NCBI GenBank assembly: GCA_964252035.1
Contig: OZ176202.1
Reading direction: 5' to 3' (one strand)
Source: Podarcis erhardii
Taxonomy: Eukaryota
DNA: 64,000 nt
Within the stretch, counting starts at the first letter, position 1; every line of letters begins with the position of its first letter. Shown piece by piece: positions 59,577 through 64,000 of the stretch. The notes under the pieces are model-generated. The model worked only from the letters and a program-made list of their open reading frames with translations. It was not told where the DNA came from and ran no database searches. The position numbers and the translations under genes are program-made.

Positions 59577-62500
59577 TTATTATGGTTTTGCTTTTCAAGA
59601 AGATACATTGATTTTATACATAAATTGTCTTGAATGTGACAATGCTTAAATATAAAAAGGGTCAGATCTCTACAGCATTGTTACTGTCGGGTTTGGTCCT
59701 ATGTAGACAAGCAATTACGTAAAAGCAAACCATTTTTCACTTTCATCTCAGGGCTGGGGCCTGTAGTTCTAACCCTAGGTATTGATTTTTCTTAGATCTG
59801 GGGCCCCACAGATATTATGTCACCCTCAGCTGGAGGTCCTTTGCCCCTCCCTTTTTTCTTTTTCTTCTTTTAACTCGGGCAGTGCTGGGCTGGCTAGAAA
59901 ACAGTTCAGACCTTCAGTCTCTTTCCCTCTTCATCTCCTTTCCTCAGAATACCTCTGGGGCTCAGGTTAAGACCAAAGACTTCCTCTCAACAAAGGAATG
60001 GAGGGGCTGGTCAGCGAGGGTCTTTCTTGCTACACCTTATTATTATTATTATTATTAAGAAAAGGGATCCTACTGGTGCTTGCTTGGGGGGTTGTGTGCA
60101 GAATGCCTTTTGTTTTGTTGTGTGTATGCACACTTGTGTGCTGCCTTTCTGAGTGGGGTATATGTATTCCTTTCCCCCTTCACAGGTGGAGATTTACTTC
60201 TTTCTTGAGATGTGCTATTGTTTGGGTATTTTGGGGTGGCTGCCATTTCCCTGGTTTTTGTGACTTTTGAGTTTTGCCTTTTGGGACAGCTGGGCAGCCA
60301 TGTGTCCTACTTTAGGGAGGACAGTCCTCTGTTTGAAAGGCTGTCTAGTCCAAATCTGGTGAAAATATAAATAATCATATGAAGGGTGAGGTGCAACAGT
60401 CGCTTTGAATTTGCCCATGGAGGGTTCACACCTGCAGAACACGCAGGTCACATGGCCAAAGTCTTGTTCCCCGTTAGGATGAGAGGCAATTATTTCTGAA
60501 AGTATATTTATGCAAATTTGCATAGCAAACTTTATGTAAATCTGCATTATTTTTTTTTTTTTTAGTGCTTATTCACTGGTGCTTTAATGCATTACTTTTT
60601 CTGGGGTTGTTGTGCTTTCAACCATCCTAAATTTCCTGTCCTTCTGATACAAACGGATTGAAAAGAACCAAAGAAACTATCTTATGGAAGCTTAGTTGAA
60701 CCTTGCCCATCAATTCATTTCTATACAGGTTTTATTCATGTCAAAAATTCACTCCCAGTTAGTGGCAGACTATCACAATTTCCGCTTTAAAGCCAAGCAA
60801 ACTATTAAAATCCACTCAATATGTTGATACCCATTTACTTTATATATGTGTATTGCACATCTCTTATGATAAAAGGTGTCAAAATGCTCCCTCTGTTCAA
60901 TCCCATCTCTAGAAGGACAATCTATAAAATTATAACCGTAACACTAAAATTTAATGTATCCCTTCTGTCTGCCACTTTAAAACACCAACACAATAATTAC
61001 ATGCAGAATAACTATAATTTTGTTTTCATTATGAAAAGCAGTGGCACTAATATTTCTATGTTAAGCTCTATTAACCACAGGTGTGGTTCTGCCCTATTCT
61101 GCCCTGCAGCTAAGGTGGCCAGATGCAAAAAAGGAAAGGGGAAAAAAAGAAAGAAGACTGGGTTCTGACACAGTTGTGTAGAAGAGGAAGTTCCAACAGG
61201 CATGACAAGCTATGCAAGCTAAACCTGCTGAAATTCCTTTTCTACACCAGACTTCCCCCAACTTGTTGCCTTCCAAATGTTGCCTTCCAAAATATCTTAA
61301 GTGCACCAGGTTGGAGAAGGTTGCTCTAAACAACTAATAAAATGTGCAGGGCCCCCTTCTCTTTTTTCCTACCTGGCCATTCCTACCTACAGCCCTTCAC
61401 GTGCAACCCAGCTCTAATTCATTTAAGCAAACAGACATCTAACTGCATAAACACAGATCCAGCCTCTTCATATCATGAAGGTTATGAGTTAATTTTCAGG
61501 TGTCCCAGTGCTTACTTTGCTATGCATGTTTGCCCCTCCCCTGATTTTCCTTCAGAGGCAAAGTTTCCTTTCTGAAGTGTCGATAGCTTGCAAAACCTGT
61601 TTGAATGACTATGGCTACACTAAAACTAGAGGTAGTTTCACTCATGCAATACCTAGAGTGACACTCCTTGTTTTCTGGGTGATGGTGCACCTTAGCATTT
61701 CAGAAAAATCTCTCTCCTACTCTACCATCCCAAGACTATTTCATTTAAAATCAACATGAAGACCTGTTCTATCCTATTTCCATAAACTGCTTGAACATCT
61801 CTAGTCATATGGGCTTATGGTTTACCTTGAACAGAGAGGACAAAGCAAAGTTAGTACTGGCAAAAAGGTATGTTCTTTATTTCAGATTCTTCCAAGCTCA
61901 TATCCTTTAACTCTGCAGCGCGTGAATAGGACTAGTTTTCTTTTACATTTTGTCCCCATTAAGTTTCTTCTCTCTTGCTCCCTGATTACCAGTCTGCTGT
62001 TTCCCCACTCTTCTTCCAAAACTAGAGATCTCACAGCTACCTAATGAAAGAAGATCAGCTACAAATTTGTGTATGGCAGAGAACACAACCTAATTTGCTT
62101 CCAGTTTGACCCCAACCTAGCCATCTAAGGACAGGTGCGCACAAATGGCTCACGGCTGGAGCCAGCCACTAACAAAAGTGAGTTAAAGTGCTCTCTCCAA
62201 CTTGAATATATTGTATATTGGCTCTGAATGGCCCTAGAGTCCTGTCTGCTTCAGATGTTGGTAGACACCTACCAGCAATCAGTTAAGAGATAATGGGCAG
62301 GATTCAACTAATGAATGCAGTAACTTAATTTGCACAGTGGGGTTTTCCCCCTTCTCCCCACCCCTCAAAATTGGCTCTGGGGGTTCAGGAGAAGATGAAA
62401 TCATTCCATCTGACAAGCCAAAATGCTTGTCTTGACAGAATGATTGCCAAAGTGCAATGTTGAATTCCTCCCAATTAATTCTGCTTGTGCACAATGTTTT

Positions 62501-62832
62501 GATGAAGTTGGATCCAAGTTTCTGCCAGCCCTATCATTAGGATCTGATATATGGCTTACCTTTACACCATATAATGGATTCTTCCGTTTGACCCCTGCCT
62601 GCCTTTCTAAAGGGCTAGTATACGAGTTAAGGGGAAAACAGGTCGCAGTTTGGAGATAGTAAAGGCAAGTCACTTTGGGGCCACGTGTTTCCCAGCACAA
62701 CCGCATTCAGCACACCAAGGTGACTTGCTTTGATAAGGCTGCCATAAAAATACAAAGCACAGATAACAAGAGAATTATCTGGCACTAATGCCTGCTCTTC
62801 AACCTCAAAGGAATAATAAAACATCCGCTTAC

Positions 62833-62979
62833 TTGTCGTCCTTCTCATAAATGTTCAGCCCAAGTGCATCTACTCCCAGCCAGAGATCAGTCCCTTTCTT
62901 ATTCTTGATTTCAAAGTAGTTGATTCCATACATCTCCAGATCCTGGGCAATCTTCAGGTATTCCAGCATGGCATTCTCT
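62833..62979 (-). CDS. EZR: Ezrin coding exon 6, [48 protein letters not shown](K)
   Basis: tcaaccag acceptor, AA|gtaagc donor, 147 nt. Confidence 0.98.
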
Positions 62980-63149
62980 CTGGTTGACAAGGAAATCATA
63001 CGTAGGAAATGTTAGATGATGTTTCTCTTTTAAGACTGATATATACAAAGACCTTTGTGCCAGTGGGAAAATAAATGCACTCATTGGGGTAACAGGAGGA
63101 GACTAACAAACACCACCTTACTACAAAAAGAATACAATATTACTTATTT

Positions 63150-63460
63150 CTTGTCCAACATGAGACCTGTTAGTTGTACCCAGGTTACAGCAGAGGCCCA
63201 ACTGGCCTTAGCTAGAAGTTGGACATTTAGTATTGCTGACGCCATGCTGTGGAACACTCTTCCAGAAGTGATGGGCTGCCATCCTTCCCTCTGGATTTCC
63301 AGGCATCCCTTGAAGACATCTTTATGCCAACAGGCCTTCACAGCTTTTTAACTAGCCACTCACCACAATTATTTTTTTTCTATTGCTTTTAATAACTTTT
63401 TTATTTTTGTACACCGCCCTGATATTTTATGATATGGTACAATAGAAATACTTCCATAAA
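63150..63460 (+). mobile_element. L2 LINE 3' end
   Basis: WTFSIADAMLWNTLPE..PSLWISRHPLKTSLCQQAF resembles the L2 terminal RAFS..LWNxLP..LKTxLFxQAF pattern, followed by a T-rich tail. Confidence 0.75.
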
Positions 63461-63952
63461 TAAACTTCCAGCTTTGCTAATCCTCTAAAGCTTTTGCCTA
63501 TAAGCTTGTTCAGAAGTCGCACTGAACAGATACAAACTACCTGTACACACGTGCAAGTGTTTGGGTGGAGGAGTGTGCAATTGTTGATTTGTACAACTCA
63601 TCTCTATTGTATGCACAGGTACATAGACACTACACTCGTTGAACACTACACGTGTTTGCTTACACACTCATTGAATTTAACCCCACCTGTGTACTTTCAA
63701 GAGCATTTCAAAAATTCCAGTCTATCATGTTGTGCTTCGCCCACACATTGTGCCCAGCACAGGAATTTCTACATACATCAACGGACAATTATGTATCAGG
63801 CATGCAGAGAAGATGACGGGCCAGAGCAAGATATATGTAAAGAACCTGTTGCAAGTTCTTTGCTACAGGGTTACCTTTCATCTAAGAGCTGGTGAGAAAT
63901 GCAAAATGTGGGCTCAAGAAAACAGACAGACCCCTTCAGTGCCATAACTCAC

Positions 63953-64000
63953 TTGAGCATTCCACCATGTTCGGCATGCCAGACCTGGATCCGTTCTTCC
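63953..64000 (-). CDS. EZR: Ezrin coding exon 5, truncated by the window edge: EERIQVWHAEHGGML(K)
   Basis: AA|gtgagt donor at 63952. Phase is compatible with the next exon. Confidence 0.95.

Overview
Vertebrate (squamate) genomic DNA, most likely a lacertid lizard: it carries Podarcis-type Sauria/Squam SINEs. The window holds the conserved block TMEM181(+) / DYNLT1(-) / SYTL3(+) / EZR(-), the same order as human 6q25.3. I rebuilt by hand, with splice sites and phases checked: the last coding exon of TMEM181 (623-701); all 5 coding exons of DYNLT1 (113 aa); 15 coding exons of SYTL3 (618 or 628 aa); and the last 9 coding exons of ezrin, the most upstream of them cut by the window edge. DYNLT1 and SYTL3 lie head-to-head, with a CpG island (~14.3-15.1 kb) at the DYNLT1 start. 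Introns and intergenic DNA are dense with SINEs, L2/CR1 fragments and hAT- and Tigger-type MITEs, several with intact TSDs. There are no CRISPR arrays, rRNA, true tRNA genes or prokaryote-like systems, and nearly all supplied ORFs are chance or antisense frames. I found no evidence of a wholly new biological system. The best leads: (1) a frame anomaly at the SYTL3 exon 4 donor, rescued by a second donor 14 nt downstream; (2) tandem in-frame donors and a recursive-splice-like exon in SYTL3; (3) a TIR-bounded Tigger-like element with a transposase C-terminus downstream of the TMEM181 stop; (4) a SINE inserted into the TIR of a hAT element; (5) an Arg-to-Gly change at a conserved ezrin FERM position. 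Gene and repeat names come from recalled reference sequences, not a database search.
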